Source: a bacterium (lineage in GTDB: Bacteria > Hydrothermota > 32-111). Taken from it: a DNA stretch of 64,000 nucleotides. Under the pieces are notes generated by a model that had not been told where the DNA came from, made no database searches, and worked only from the letters and a program-made list of their open reading frames with translations. The stretch covers positions 19,465 to 83,464 of the forward strand of contig JAWOBN010000073.1 in assembly GCA_046484245.1 (NCBI GenBank), in the 5' to 3' direction. Shown piece by piece: positions 48,797 through 59,270 of this stretch (the stretch's first letter is position 1; every line of letters begins with the position of its first letter). The position numbers and the translations under genes are program-made.

Positions 48797-49848
48797 AGGG
48801 TAATATAAAGAATAGAGAAGACATTCCGAATATTCTCGGATTCATCAATCAGACAGACAAGACAGGTGTCCTTACACTGGTCAATAAAGGGGAACAGATA
48901 GAGATCGGCTTTATCAAGGGTAATGTCAATGCTGCTGTTCATAAGAGATCAGGTGTGCAGGAGCTCATAAAGGAATATCTTGTAAATAGCGGAAAGATAT
49001 CAAAGGATGCATTTGAGAGGATAAAGGGCCTGCACAAGGATACCAGAAAACCCTATGAAGAGATACTGATTGACGAAAAATTCATTACAGAGAAGGAATG
49101 GAAGGATATCATTCATTTCAAGATACAGGAGATAATGGATGAGCTCTTTAATTGGGACAGCGGGTCATATGAATTCCTGGAAGATATTATCATGTATGAG
49201 AATTCCAGTGTCAAGATATCCATCAATACCCAGGGTCTTATTATGGAGGGGATGAGGCGCATAGATGAATGGCCTCAGATAAGGACAGCCCTGCCGTCCG
49301 ACTCTCTTGTATTCGCAATGGCTGAAGACAAGGAAATACCCGACAACATTGGAGCAGAGGAGAAGAGACTCATAGAGATAATTGACGGGTCAAAGGATTT
49401 GAAGACACTGGCTGAGATCTCGGGACTGGGCAAATTCCTCACCTATCAGGCAGTTCACAATCTCAAGAAAATGGGTCTCATTAAAACAATCAAGAGGAAG
49501 AGAAGACCTGCAAAACACAAACCGAGAAAGAAGGTCACTGTCAACAAATATCTTGTATTCTCATGGATAGCAATACTGATTGTTATTATTCTTACAGGAT
49601 ATGCAGGCAGACTGGCATTCCCCTATACCAGTTCCTTTACAGGATCACAGAGTATCGGCAACAGGGCATATGACTCATACAATATGCAGACAATCAATTA
49701 TGTACTTAGAATATTCTATCTCAAAAACAGTTATTATCCGGAGTCACTGGAAATCCTGGCTGAAGACGGATGGATACCTCAAAACATTATATCCCGCTAT
49801 ATATACTTCAGAAACAAGGATGATTACACACTCAAGGTGAAGAATTAA
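48793..49848 (+). CDS. DUF4388 (PATAN-like) domain protein with a C-terminal TM segment
   Basis: The N-terminus (NILGFINQTDKTGVLTLVNKGEQIEIGFIKGNV) resembles DUF4388. There is a basic linker (KRKRRPAKHKPRKK) and a single TM (LVFSWIAILIVIILTGY); the start overlaps the upstream stop. Confidence 0.5.
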   Translation: MKGNIKNREDIPNILGFINQTDKTGVLTLVNKGEQIEIGFIKGNVNAAVHKRSGVQELIKEYLVNSGKISKDAFERIKGLHKDTRKPYEEILIDEKFITEKEWKDIIHFKIQEIMDELFNWDSGSYEFLEDIIMYENSSVKISINTQGLIMEGMRRIDEWPQIRTALPSDSLVFAMAEDKEIPDNIGAEEKRLIEIIDGSKDLKTLAEISGLGKFLTYQAVHNLKKMGLIKTIKRKRRPAKHKPRKKVTVNKYLVFSWIAILIVIILTGYAGRLAFPYTSSFTGSQSIGNRAYDSYNMQTINYVLRIFYLKNSYYPESLEILAEDGWIPQNIISRYIYFRNKDDYTLKVKN

Positions 49849-51107
49849 TCCAGCTCTTTCCTGTATTTTTCAGCAGCATTATCCAGTGTTTTCTGGGGGT
49901 CAGTATTCCCCTTTACAATATATTCAAGGGCTTCCCCGAGTATCTGTCTGCCCAGATACCATATATTTGCCTGTGGCTCCATATGGGCATAATTCAGCTG
50001 ATTGTACACATCCTCAAGTCCCGGGTTATTCTCAAAATGCTCCCGGAGAACAGGGGATTCGTATGCCAGGGGAGTAACAGGAACATAACCGGTCTTTGCA
50101 GACCATATTGCCTGAATCTCCGGTGATATAAACCATTTGATGAATTTATACGCTGCTTTTTTCTGACTGTCTGTTGCATTCTTGAAGACAGATACATTTG
50201 TGCCTGATATGAGCACAGCATCCCTCTCCCCTGACGGCACAGGGGCAACACCCAGTTCAAATGTCGGTTCATTATCCCTTATAAATGAAAGTGAAACACT
50301 GGACCCGTAAACTGTTGCGACCTTCTCTCCTATAAAATCATCCTGATGCTGATATCCTGTTGTGAGATAACCTGTTTTGTCATCAAGAATTGTTTTGTCA
50401 ATACTCAGTGCCTTAATTGCAGCAGGGGAATTGAACTCAGGGTTGAGGTCTTCATCAACAAGCCTGCCGTTAAACTGCAGGAGACGGGTCTCAAACATCC
50501 ATGTGTTTATATTGAATGCAGTACCGTATATATCCGTTTTGCCGTCATTGTCAATATCAGCAGTGAGCCTGCGCATGGTCTTGAAGAATTCATCCCATGT
50601 TTCCGGGAATTCTTCTATGGAGAATTCATCAAACCGGTCCTTATTGTAGAAGAATGTCGGGACTGATTTATTGAACGGGAGTGAGACGAGTGTGCCGTTG
50701 AATGTATTGTCCTCAACAAATATCTCAAATAGATCTTCCTCAATCTCACTGATATCCTCCTGAGGGGCAATGTTCTCAATGGGCTCAAGCCGGTCACCCA
50801 TAAAGAGTTCCATGGTCCATGATTCATACATCTGCGATATCACTGGGGGATTGTTGACTGAAGCCATTATTTTCTGTGACAATGCATTGTAATTGCCCAC
50901 TGATATAGGAACGACTCTGATATCGGGATTCAATGTATTAAAACTGTCAACAAGTTCATCCAGCACGTCGCCTATAGGACCGCCCATTACATGCCAGAAT
51001 ACAACCTCTGTTCTGTCCGGAGATGCATTGCTGTCCCCGCATCCTGTCATAACAAGACCCAGTATGAGAATCAGCAGTAATGTAAATATTACAATGTTCC
51101 TTTTCAT
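49845..51107 (-). CDS. ABC transporter extracellular solute-binding protein (family 1, sugar-type), lipoprotein
   Basis: Start chosen at MKRNIVIFTLLLILILGLVMTGC (lipobox). The overall SBP_bac_1 layout is present (VVFWHVMGGPIG...), and the gene is convergent with the upstream operon. Confidence 0.7.
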   Translation of the reverse strand: MKRNIVIFTLLLILILGLVMTGCGDSNASPDRTEVVFWHVMGGPIGDVLDELVDSFNTLNPDIRVVPISVGNYNALSQKIMASVNNPPVISQMYESWTMELFMGDRLEPIENIAPQEDISEIEEDLFEIFVEDNTFNGTLVSLPFNKSVPTFFYNKDRFDEFSIEEFPETWDEFFKTMRRLTADIDNDGKTDIYGTAFNINTWMFETRLLQFNGRLVDEDLNPEFNSPAAIKALSIDKTILDDKTGYLTTGYQHQDDFIGEKVATVYGSSVSLSFIRDNEPTFELGVAPVPSGERDAVLISGTNVSVFKNATDSQKKAAYKFIKWFISPEIQAIWSAKTGYVPVTPLAYESPVLREHFENNPGLEDVYNQLNYAHMEPQANIWYLGRQILGEALEYIVKGNTDPQKTLDNAAEKYRKELD

Positions 51108-51276
51108 TTGAAGCTCCCTGTTAAATTCACAATGAAATATCAATAACTTTACAATAAATTCACTATAATGATAATATAAAACAGAATGAAAATATAATCA
51201 ATAGTAAAACAGCCGGTATTCCGGCGGGAATATATACTGAATTGAATATTATGGAAAAACCATAATAAAATAACAC

Positions 51277-51305
51277 TTGACAAAATCCGGTAATTATGAT
51301 ATAAA
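51277..51305 (+). promoter_or_regulatory. Sigma70-like promoter, TTGACA-N17-TATAAA, upstream of tRNA-Leu and the tig-clpPX-lon cluster
   Basis: TTGACA at 51277-51282, a 17-nt spacer, and TATAAA at 51300-51305, read directly from the sequence. Confidence 0.4.
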
Positions 51306-51425
51306 ATATACAATGCATCCGGTTAGGGCAGGGCTTTCCTCTTGTATTTTCCCTTTGAAACATTATAATAAATGCATCAAATATAATAGGCATTAATGAT
51401 TAATTATATAACACTAAAATAGTGC

Positions 51426-51507
51426 GCGAGAGTGGCGGAACGGCAGACGCGCTGGATTTAGGATCCAGTAGGTATTCCCTGTGGGGGTTCAAATCCCCCC
51501 TCTCGCA
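51426..51507 (+). tRNA. tRNA-Leu (anticodon UAG), class II with a long variable arm
   Basis: Acceptor stem GCGAGAG/CTCTCGC with discriminator A. Anticodon stem CTGGA/TCCAG with loop TTTAGGA, so the anticodon is TAG. A 14-nt variable arm with an AGG/CCT stem is present, and the T-arm is GGGGG-TTCAAAT-CCCCC. Confidence 0.85.
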
Positions 51508-51522
51508 GAATAAGGAGTAATA

Positions 51523-52836
51523 ATGGATTACAATGCAGAAGTTGACAAAAAATGGAAGTGCACTATCAATCTGACTATTGATAAGAAGGAATTTGAGGAT
51601 ACTTACAGGAATATCCTCTCTGAATTCAGGAAAGAATCCGATATAAAGGGATTCAGAAAGGGCAAAGCGCCCATAAAGATCATAGAGAAGAAATATGGTC
51701 CGGAGATTGAGAATGAGACAATAAACAGGATCATTCCGGGTAAATACAGGGAAATTATAATGAATGAGGATATTCACCCTATAACCCAGCCCCTGATAAC
51801 AGATATGAAAAAGGATGACAGTAATATCAATATTGAAATGACCATTGAAACATATCCTGATGTGACAATAGACAATTACAGGGATATTGAAATAGAACTG
51901 GAAAGAAAGACTGCTGACGGGGAAATGGTGGAAGAGGAATTGAAGAGGCTCAGCAAGAATCAGGCTGATATGGATGAAAAAGAGGATGCTCTTTCAACTG
52001 ATGATGTTGCTATCATTGATCTCAAGGTATTTGACAGTAATGGTGAGGAGATGGAAGAACTTGAGACAAAGGATTATTCACTTGAGATAGGCAGTCCCAA
52101 GGTGTATCCCGAGATAACCAAAGCTGTGGAAGGCAAGAAGCCCGGAGACAGTGTTGAGGTGCCGTACACATATCCCGATGATTTTGATGATGAGAAACTT
52201 CAGGGCGAGGAGGTTCTCTTCAAGATTGACATCAAGAAGGGATTCAGGAGAATTCTCCCTGAAATGGATGAGAAGTTTGCTGAGAATTTCGGCATGAAGA
52301 ATATGAAGCAGATGAGAGAAGCTGTAAAGAACAGTCTCCAGAATAAATTTGACAAGGATTATGAAGCGCAGAAGGAAGAGAAGGTCATTGACAGTATTAT
52401 TGAGAAAAACCCGTTTGAAGTGCCCGGTTCACTGATCAATGCTCATCTCAAATCCCTTGTTAATAATATAATGAGGGGTGAGGAGACAGAGATAACAGAA
52501 GAGATGAAGAAGATTTACGGTCCTTATGCTGAATGGAGAGCCAAAAGGGAGATTATTCTCAGCTCCATAATCAAAGAGGAGAATCTGGAAATAGATGATG
52601 AGAAGGTTGAAGAAGAGATAGCCAAATTCAAGAATCACCCCAATAAGCAGATGAGAGAATATGCTGAGAATCAGTCAATAAGGAATGATATAAGAACAGA
52701 TATGCTGTACAATAAAGCAAGGGAGTTCATCTTTGATGCAGTTACTGTAAAGGGTGATGATACGGGGAAAGAGAAGCCTGAGAGTAATGAAGAAGACAAA
52801 GACAAAAGTAAAGAAACAGAGAAAGGAGAAGAATAA
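51523..52836 (+). CDS. tig: Trigger factor
   Basis: An N-terminal ribosome-binding domain with the GFRKGKAP motif, a central PPIase-like domain, and a C-terminal helical arm that includes an acidic tail. Sits upstream of clpP in the conserved order. Confidence 0.9.
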   Translation: MDYNAEVDKKWKCTINLTIDKKEFEDTYRNILSEFRKESDIKGFRKGKAPIKIIEKKYGPEIENETINRIIPGKYREIIMNEDIHPITQPLITDMKKDDSNINIEMTIETYPDVTIDNYRDIEIELERKTADGEMVEEELKRLSKNQADMDEKEDALSTDDVAIIDLKVFDSNGEEMEELETKDYSLEIGSPKVYPEITKAVEGKKPGDSVEVPYTYPDDFDDEKLQGEEVLFKIDIKKGFRRILPEMDEKFAENFGMKNMKQMREAVKNSLQNKFDKDYEAQKEEKVIDSIIEKNPFEVPGSLINAHLKSLVNNIMRGEETEITEEMKKIYGPYAEWRAKREIILSSIIKEENLEIDDEKVEEEIAKFKNHPNKQMREYAENQSIRNDIRTDMLYNKAREFIFDAVTVKGDDTGKEKPESNEEDKDKSKETEKGEE

Positions 52837-53432
52837 TGCCTTTAATTCCAATGGTAGTTGAGAAAACAGGAAGGGGCGAAAGGGGTTATGACATATACTC
52901 ACGCCTTCTTGTTGACAGGATTATTTTCCTGGGAAGCCCTGTAACGGATGAGGTTGCCAATCTCATTATTGCCCAGATGCTGTTCCTTGAAGCAGATGAT
53001 CCTGACAAGGATATACATCTCTATATCAATACTCCCGGTGGAAGTGTCACTGCGGGACTGGCTGTTTATGACACAATGCAGTATATCAGATGTCCTGTTT
53101 CAACAATATGCATGGGCATTGCGGCAAGCATGGGCGCTGTGATACTGGCAGCAGGTCAAGAGGGCAAGAGATTTGCACTGCCCAATGCCAAGACACTCAT
53201 ACATCAGCCAATGGGCGGAGCCCAGGGACAGGCATCGGATATTGAGATACAGGCGCAGGAGATCCTCAAGACCAAGGAGAATATCATAAAGATCCTCGCA
53301 GATCACACAGGCCGTGATTATGAAGAGATATACAGGGATTCCGACAGGGATTTCTGGATGAATGCCGAGGAATCAAGGGACTACGGTCTTATTGATACTG
53401 TGATTGCCAGCAGGAAAGAAGATGACAGATAA
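52836..53432 (+). CDS. clpP: ATP-dependent Clp protease proteolytic subunit
   Basis: [11 protein letters not shown]...[11 protein letters not shown]...[12 protein letters not shown]...LIHQP show the Ser-His-Asp triad context. Confidence 0.95.
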   Translation: MPLIPMVVEKTGRGERGYDIYSRLLVDRIIFLGSPVTDEVANLIIAQMLFLEADDPDKDIHLYINTPGGSVTAGLAVYDTMQYIRCPVSTICMGIAASMGAVILAAGQEGKRFALPNAKTLIHQPMGGAQGQASDIEIQAQEILKTKENIIKILADHTGRDYEEIYRDSDRDFWMNAEESRDYGLIDTVIASRKEDDR

Positions 53433-54609
53433 GTGTTATTTCTGCAGCAGAAAACTGGACAATGAAACAGCCCTCATGATAAATGAGGACATTAAATTGT
53501 GCAGACAGTGCACTGAGAAATTTGCAGAACTCACAATAGATGAAAGGGATAAGAGTGACAGTGAAATACTCTCCGATATACCCTCCCCCTCATCTATAAA
53601 GGCAGCTCTGGATAAACATATAATAGGCCAGGAATATGCCAAGAAGGTTGTGTCAGTAGGTGTTTACAATCACTACAAGAGAGTGAAATACGCGGACAGC
53701 GGCAAAATGGAGAAATCCAATATATTACTCTTCGGACCCACAGGTGTGGGCAAGACACTAATAGCAAGGACACTGGCTGAAATACTCCATGTACCGTTTT
53801 CAATATCGGATGCCACCACGCTTACAGAAGCCGGATATGTGGGAGAGGATGTAGAGAATATACTGCTGCGGCTTATTATTGCTGCTGACGGCAATATAAA
53901 GAAAGCGGGTGTGGGTATTGTCTATATTGACGAGATAGATAAAATAGGCAATAAGAATACGGATAATCCCTCAATAACAAGGGATGTTTCAGGTGAAGGC
54001 GTGCAGCAGGCATTACTCAAGATAATTGAGGGCACTGTTGCCAATATACCGCCTCAGGGGGGCAGGAAACACCCCAATCAGCAGTATGTTCCATTGGATA
54101 CGAGCAATATACTGTTTATTGTCGGCGGGGCATTCAATTCACTGGATGGTATAATAGAGAGGCGCCTGAACAGCAGATCAATAGGATTCAGGCAGGAAGA
54201 TCCGGAGGCGGATGAGAAGAGGGAAATATTCAAGAAAGCAGGACCGAGGGATTTTGTCCATTACGGTCTTATCCCCGAACTGGTCGGCAGGATACCGGTA
54301 TTCGCCCCACTATTTGAATTGAAGAAGGATGAACTGAAGGATATACTTACAAAACCGGATAATGCCATTATCACGCAGTACAGGGAATTGCTGTCCTATG
54401 ACGGTATAGAACTTGAATTCACTGATGACTGCCTTGATTATATTGCCGGTGAGGCAATGCATCTGAAGACAGGCGCCAGAGGGCTGAGAAATTTACTTGA
54501 GGATTATATGCTTGATATAATGTATGAACTTCCAGACAGGGATAATGTCAGTAAGGTTATTATCAGCAGGGAAGTGTTTGAGAAAAAGGAAATGCCTCTT
54601 CTAAAATAA
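53422..54609 (+). CDS. clpX: ATP-dependent Clp protease ATP-binding subunit ClpX
   Basis: Start at MTDKCYFC, like E. coli MTDK. The zinc-binding domain CYFC...CRQC, Walker A GPTGVGKT, the GYVG pore loop and [10 protein letters not shown] are all present. Confidence 0.93.
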   Translation: MTDKCYFCSRKLDNETALMINEDIKLCRQCTEKFAELTIDERDKSDSEILSDIPSPSSIKAALDKHIIGQEYAKKVVSVGVYNHYKRVKYADSGKMEKSNILLFGPTGVGKTLIARTLAEILHVPFSISDATTLTEAGYVGEDVENILLRLIIAADGNIKKAGVGIVYIDEIDKIGNKNTDNPSITRDVSGEGVQQALLKIIEGTVANIPPQGGRKHPNQQYVPLDTSNILFIVGGAFNSLDGIIERRLNSRSIGFRQEDPEADEKREIFKKAGPRDFVHYGLIPELVGRIPVFAPLFELKKDELKDILTKPDNAIITQYRELLSYDGIELEFTDDCLDYIAGEAMHLKTGARGLRNLLEDYMLDIMYELPDRDNVSKVIISREVFEKKEMPLLK

Positions 54610-54618
54610 GGAGGGCTT

Positions 54619-56925
54619 TTGAAGTCTGTTAATCCGAAGAAACTCTATGTACTGATTGATTATGATCAGTTTATGGAGAGTGATATTATCATACCCGGCA
54701 AGATAGGGTCTTTTATTGTAAGTGAGGATGATTTCCCCTTCAAGGCATCCGGATTGAAAGAGAATGATTATATAGCAGTGAAATACGGCAATAATGATGA
54801 GCTGCTCAGCGGTCTGCTCTGCAGAATTGTCAATATTGATATTATTGGCGGGAGCACTGCCAAGATTGCTTTCTATCCGGAGCATTATATTTCATTTACA
54901 AAGATAATTGATTATAATCATTATAAGAAGGCGAGGGTCAGGCAGGTCCAGTTCAGCAATTATCCTGAGGGGAAACATGCAGATGCATTGATGGAAATAC
55001 TGAGAGAAAAAGCAATGACAATGATGAAATACCTTAAAAGAGAAGTAAGCAGTGAAGTCAGGTTGTCAGTAATGAATGAGAATAATATACTCGCACTCTC
55101 CGATATCATACTTTCATTTATACCTGCTGAGCAGCAGGATATCAAAGCAGTGCTCAGTAATACGGATATTGAAGAGAGAATAAATCTTCTTCTGAAGATC
55201 ATGGAAGAGAGACTCTCTGTTTATGAGGAGAAGGAGAGGATATCCCTGCTGGTGAAATCCAATGTATCGGATAATCAGAAGAAGTACTTTCTCAATGAAC
55301 AGCTCAAGGTGATAAAGAAGGAATTGGGGTATTCAACAGGCATAATTGACGAGAATAAGGATCTCAAGGAGAAGATATACAAGGCAAATATGAGTGAAGA
55401 GGCGAATGATAAGGCAATGTATGAACTCAAGCGTCTTGTAGCAATGAACCCCTCTTCACCTGAGGCTACTGTCATACGCAATTATCTTGACTGGCTTATC
55501 CATGTGCCCTGGCATGAGAAGACAGAGGATAACCTCAATATAGCTCTAGCTGACGAGATACTGGATAAGAATCATTACGGACTTAAAAAAATAAAGGAGA
55601 GAGTGCTTGAATATCTTGCTGTCCTTAAACTCTCCGACAATGTGAGGGGGCAGATACTCTGTTTCGTTGGGCCTCCCGGTGTAGGCAAGACATCACTGGG
55701 CCGTTCCATTGCCCAGTCAATGAACAGGGGTTTTGTCCGCATATCACTCGGCGGTGTGAGGGATGAGGCGGAGATAAGGGGCCACAGAAAGACCTATATA
55801 GGTTCAATGCCGGGCAAGATCATTCAGATGATGAGAAGAGCTGAGGTCGTCAACCCTGTTTTCATGCTTGATGAAGTGGACAAACTGGGGTCTGATTTCA
55901 GGGGAGACCCGTCCAGTGCTCTACTGGAGGTGCTGGATCCGCAGCTCAATAATGCCTTTATGGATCATTATCTTGAAGTGGAATATGATCTCTCCAATGT
56001 GCTGTTTATATGCACTGCAAATATCATACATACAATTCCGCCTGCCCTGAGAGACAGGATGGAGATTATCAATCTTCCGGGTTATCTTGAATATGAAAAA
56101 TATAATATAGCAAAGAAGTTTCTCATACCGAAGAGTCTCAGCCAGTCGGGTCTGAAACATTCTGATGTGAAGATACATAATGCATCAGTTAAGGCAATAG
56201 TGAAAAACTACACAATGGAAGCAGGTGTCAGGAATCTGGAGAAACAGATCAACAAGATACACAGGAAGGTTGCAAAGAAGATGGCAATGGGGGAAGGCAA
56301 GGGTAAATTCTCAATCAGTAAAAAACAGCTCTCCAAGTATCTCGGTCCACCGCCGAGGAAGGAGAATCAGCTGAGGAATAAGAAAATGCCCGGTATTGTG
56401 AATGGGCTTGCGTGGACGAGTTTCGGAGGCAATGTCATGACAGTTGAGGTGCTGGTTCTGCCCGGAACAGGCAAGATGCATCTGACAGGCCAGCTCGGTG
56501 ATGTATTGAAGGAATCAGCAAGGGCAGCTGTATCCTATCTGAGAAAATATGCAGACAAGTACAGTATTGAAGAAGATTTCCACAAGACAAAGGATATACA
56601 TATTCATATTCCGGAAGGGGCAATACCCAAAGAGGGCCCTTCAGCAGGCATTACAATAGTGACTGCCCTGTATTCCGCTCTCAAGGAGAAATCCGTCAGG
56701 AGGAATTTTGCAATGACAGGCGAGATAACACTCAAGGGCATTGTATTGCCCATCGGAGGTCTTGCAGAAAAGATCGTTGCTGCCCAGTCAGCAGGCATGG
56801 AAAATGTGATAATACCCTTTGATAATAAACCTGATTTCAATGAATTGTCCAAGGAGGCAAAGAAAAACCTTAATGTGCATTTCATCAAGACTGTTGATGA
56901 TGCATTCACATTATTGTTTAATTAA
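54619..56925 (+). CDS. lon: Lon protease (LonA), probable TTG start
   Basis: The frame opens at 54610 after the clpX stop. TTG at 54619 is preceded by AAGGAGGG, and the next in-frame ATG is at 54673. Lon N-domain, Walker A GPPGVGKTS and the S16 catalytic Ser/Lys motifs (PKEGPSAGITIVTAL ... K) are present. Confidence 0.88.
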   Translation: MKSVNPKKLYVLIDYDQFMESDIIIPGKIGSFIVSEDDFPFKASGLKENDYIAVKYGNNDELLSGLLCRIVNIDIIGGSTAKIAFYPEHYISFTKIIDYNHYKKARVRQVQFSNYPEGKHADALMEILREKAMTMMKYLKREVSSEVRLSVMNENNILALSDIILSFIPAEQQDIKAVLSNTDIEERINLLLKIMEERLSVYEEKERISLLVKSNVSDNQKKYFLNEQLKVIKKELGYSTGIIDENKDLKEKIYKANMSEEANDKAMYELKRLVAMNPSSPEATVIRNYLDWLIHVPWHEKTEDNLNIALADEILDKNHYGLKKIKERVLEYLAVLKLSDNVRGQILCFVGPPGVGKTSLGRSIAQSMNRGFVRISLGGVRDEAEIRGHRKTYIGSMPGKIIQMMRRAEVVNPVFMLDEVDKLGSDFRGDPSSALLEVLDPQLNNAFMDHYLEVEYDLSNVLFICTANIIHTIPPALRDRMEIINLPGYLEYEKYNIAKKFLIPKSLSQSGLKHSDVKIHNASVKAIVKNYTMEAGVRNLEKQINKIHRKVAKKMAMGEGKGKFSISKKQLSKYLGPPPRKENQLRNKKMPGIVNGLAWTSFGGNVMTVEVLVLPGTGKMHLTGQLGDVLKESARAAVSYLRKYADKYSIEEDFHKTKDIHIHIPEGAIPKEGPSAGITIVTALYSALKEKSVRRNFAMTGEITLKGIVLPIGGLAEKIVAAQSAGMENVIIPFDNKPDFNELSKEAKKNLNVHFIKTVDDAFTLLFN

Positions 56926-56927
56926 TT

Positions 56928-58280
56928 ATGGTGAGTAATTACAGAACCTCCCCGGAAAAAATAATACTGGTAGGGTATATAACCATTATACTGGTCGGGA
57001 CTCTATTCCTCACACTGCCTGTTTCAGTGACTGAGGGCAATCCTATTTCATTCATTGATGCATTGTTTACATCAACATCAGCTGTTTGTGTTACCGGTCT
57101 TATTGTCAGGGACACAGAACTGGCATTCACCTCTTTCGGGCAATCCATAATACTGATACTGCTGCAGCTTGGAGGTCTCGGTTACATGACGATTTCAACT
57201 GCTCTGCTTCTTCTCATAGGAAAGAACATGACCAGTGAGACCAAGCAGCAGACACAGAATGAGTATCAGAGATTCACTGCAAGGGATATCAAGAGTTTTG
57301 TTATCAGGATTATACAATTCACATTCATTGTTGAGGCAATAGGGGCAGTCATACTGTTCCCCCGTATGCATGCTGTAATAGGCAGTACGGGGAAAGCTGT
57401 GTGGTATTCTGTATTTCATTCAGTCAGTGCATTCTGTAATGCGGGATTCAGTGTGTTTTCCAATAATCTGCTGCCTTTTATGAATGACCCTTATGTGAAT
57501 ATTGTCATTGCATTACTCATTATAACAGGCGGGCTGGGATTTATTGTTCTCGGAGACATCTTCAGGAATATCAATCATAAGAGAAAACAGCTTTCTGTTC
57601 ACACGAGAATAGTCCTTATAACAACACTTATCCTGATTGTTGTGCCATTCATTATATTCCTCTTTCTTGAGAGGAATAATTCACTGATGGAACTTTCACT
57701 AATGAACAAAATCTCCACAGCACTCTTCCAGGTTATCACACCCAGAACAGCCGGATTCAATACACTGGATATACCCGCACTCTCAATGCCCGCATTATTC
57801 CTCATAATAATGCTGATGTTCATAGGCGGTTCCCCCGGCAGTACTGCAGGCGGTATAAAGACAACAACCTTTTTCACAATTGTTTATGCAATATTTGAAA
57901 AGATGCGCGGCAAGAGAAATGTCAATGTGATGTTCAGGCGAATATCAACTGAGACAATACTCAAGTCATTTTTCATATTCACACTGTCAATCATGGTGAT
58001 ATTCTCCAATATATTCCTTCTCACAGTACTGGAGAAAGGCTCATTTATCAAGATAATCTTTGAGGTCTTCTCCGCATACGGCACTGTGGGGCTTTCAACA
58101 GGTTCAGTGACAGGGGGCAATGTCTCATTTGCGGGGGATTTTACAACGTGGGGCAAATTCATTATAATTATAACAATGTTCACCGGAAGAGTGGGTATCT
58201 TGACTGCTGCCAATGCATTCATCAGTAAATCCAGCAGGGATACTGTTAATTATCCTGATACCAAGATAATTGTAGGATAG
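56928..58280 (+). CDS. trkH: Potassium uptake protein, TrkH/KtrB family
   Basis: 450 aa with four MPM repeats and selectivity-filter-like glycine motifs (SAVCVTGL, SAFCNAGF, GGSPGSTAGG, TVGLSTG). Confidence 0.85.
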   Translation: MVSNYRTSPEKIILVGYITIILVGTLFLTLPVSVTEGNPISFIDALFTSTSAVCVTGLIVRDTELAFTSFGQSIILILLQLGGLGYMTISTALLLLIGKNMTSETKQQTQNEYQRFTARDIKSFVIRIIQFTFIVEAIGAVILFPRMHAVIGSTGKAVWYSVFHSVSAFCNAGFSVFSNNLLPFMNDPYVNIVIALLIITGGLGFIVLGDIFRNINHKRKQLSVHTRIVLITTLILIVVPFIIFLFLERNNSLMELSLMNKISTALFQVITPRTAGFNTLDIPALSMPALFLIIMLMFIGGSPGSTAGGIKTTTFFTIVYAIFEKMRGKRNVNVMFRRISTETILKSFFIFTLSIMVIFSNIFLLTVLEKGSFIKIIFEVFSAYGTVGLSTGSVTGGNVSFAGDFTTWGKFIIIITMFTGRVGILTAANAFISKSSRDTVNYPDTKIIVG

Positions 58281-58288
58281 GAGGCAAA

Positions 58289-58987
58289 ATGAAGAACAAC
58301 AATATGTTTGCTGTAATAGGACTGGGAAGATTCGGACAGGCTGTAGCTGAGAAGCTGGCAGAGATGAATGTTGATGTTATGGCAATTGACAAGGATGAAC
58401 AGAGAGTTGAGGAGGTTGCCAATACAGTGAGTCATTCTGTTCAGCTCAATGCAACAAATGAGAGCAGTTTGAAGGAAGTGGGCATAGAGGATGTCGGGAC
58501 TGCCATAGTCGCTGTGGGAGAGGATGTTGCTTCCAGTATTCTTATATGCTCCTATCTGAAGAATGACGCACACATTCCGAGAGTTATTGCAAAGGCAATT
58601 GATACCCGTCATGGTGCTGTCCTGTCAAAACTATCTGTTGATACTGTCATATACCCCGAAAAGGAATCGGGCAGGCGGCTTGCAGAGAGGCTTGTTTCAA
58701 AGAATATATTTGACCTCATAGACCTTTCCGACTCACATTCAATTGTTGAACTGAGGGCTCCGGAACTGTTTGTTGACAGAACAATTGCTGATCTTGACCT
58801 GCGGAAGAAGTATGATGTGAATGTCATTGCCATAAAGAGAAAGACCCCCATTATTGACAGTGAATCCCTGGCTGATTTCAAGGAGGAAACAGTCATTTCC
58901 CCGAGAGCAGATGAAACAATTATCAAGGGCGATATTATTGTGATTATCGGAGAGAGAAAGAACCTTGAAATAATCAGGAATATATAA
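58289..58987 (+). CDS. trkA: Potassium uptake regulatory protein TrkA/KtrA (RCK_N + RCK_C)
   Basis: The Rossmann motif VIGLGRFGQAVAEKL (GxGxxG) and a C-terminal TrkA-C domain; immediately downstream of trkH. Confidence 0.85.
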   Translation: MKNNNMFAVIGLGRFGQAVAEKLAEMNVDVMAIDKDEQRVEEVANTVSHSVQLNATNESSLKEVGIEDVGTAIVAVGEDVASSILICSYLKNDAHIPRVIAKAIDTRHGAVLSKLSVDTVIYPEKESGRRLAERLVSKNIFDLIDLSDSHSIVELRAPELFVDRTIADLDLRKKYDVNVIAIKRKTPIIDSESLADFKEETVISPRADETIIKGDIIVIIGERKNLEIIRNI

Positions 58988-59000
58988 TATTATATAAGAT

Positions 59001-59258
59001 ATGGAAGAGAAAAAAGAATCTATACTGGAAACTGCCAAATTCTATTTCCTTAATCAGAAATACGACAAGGCAATTGAGATATACAGGGAAGGTCTGGAGT
59101 CATATCCTGACGAACCCCAGTTGTATTTCAATTTAGGGGTTGTATATGAGAGTATCAATGACTTGGAGAATGCCAAGGAGTGTTTTGAGAAGGTTCTCTC
59201 CCTGGATAAGGATTTCAAAGCTGCAAGTGATCATCTCAAAGAAATAATCGGTAATTAG
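59001..59258 (+). CDS. Small TPR-repeat protein
   Basis: 85 aa with two TPR-like motifs (AKFYFLNQKYDKAIEIYREGLE; LYFNLGVVYESINDLENAKECFEKVL). Confidence 0.5.
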   Translation: MEEKKESILETAKFYFLNQKYDKAIEIYREGLESYPDEPQLYFNLGVVYESINDLENAKECFEKVLSLDKDFKAASDHLKEIIGN

Positions 59259-59270
59259 AAGAGAGGTCAA

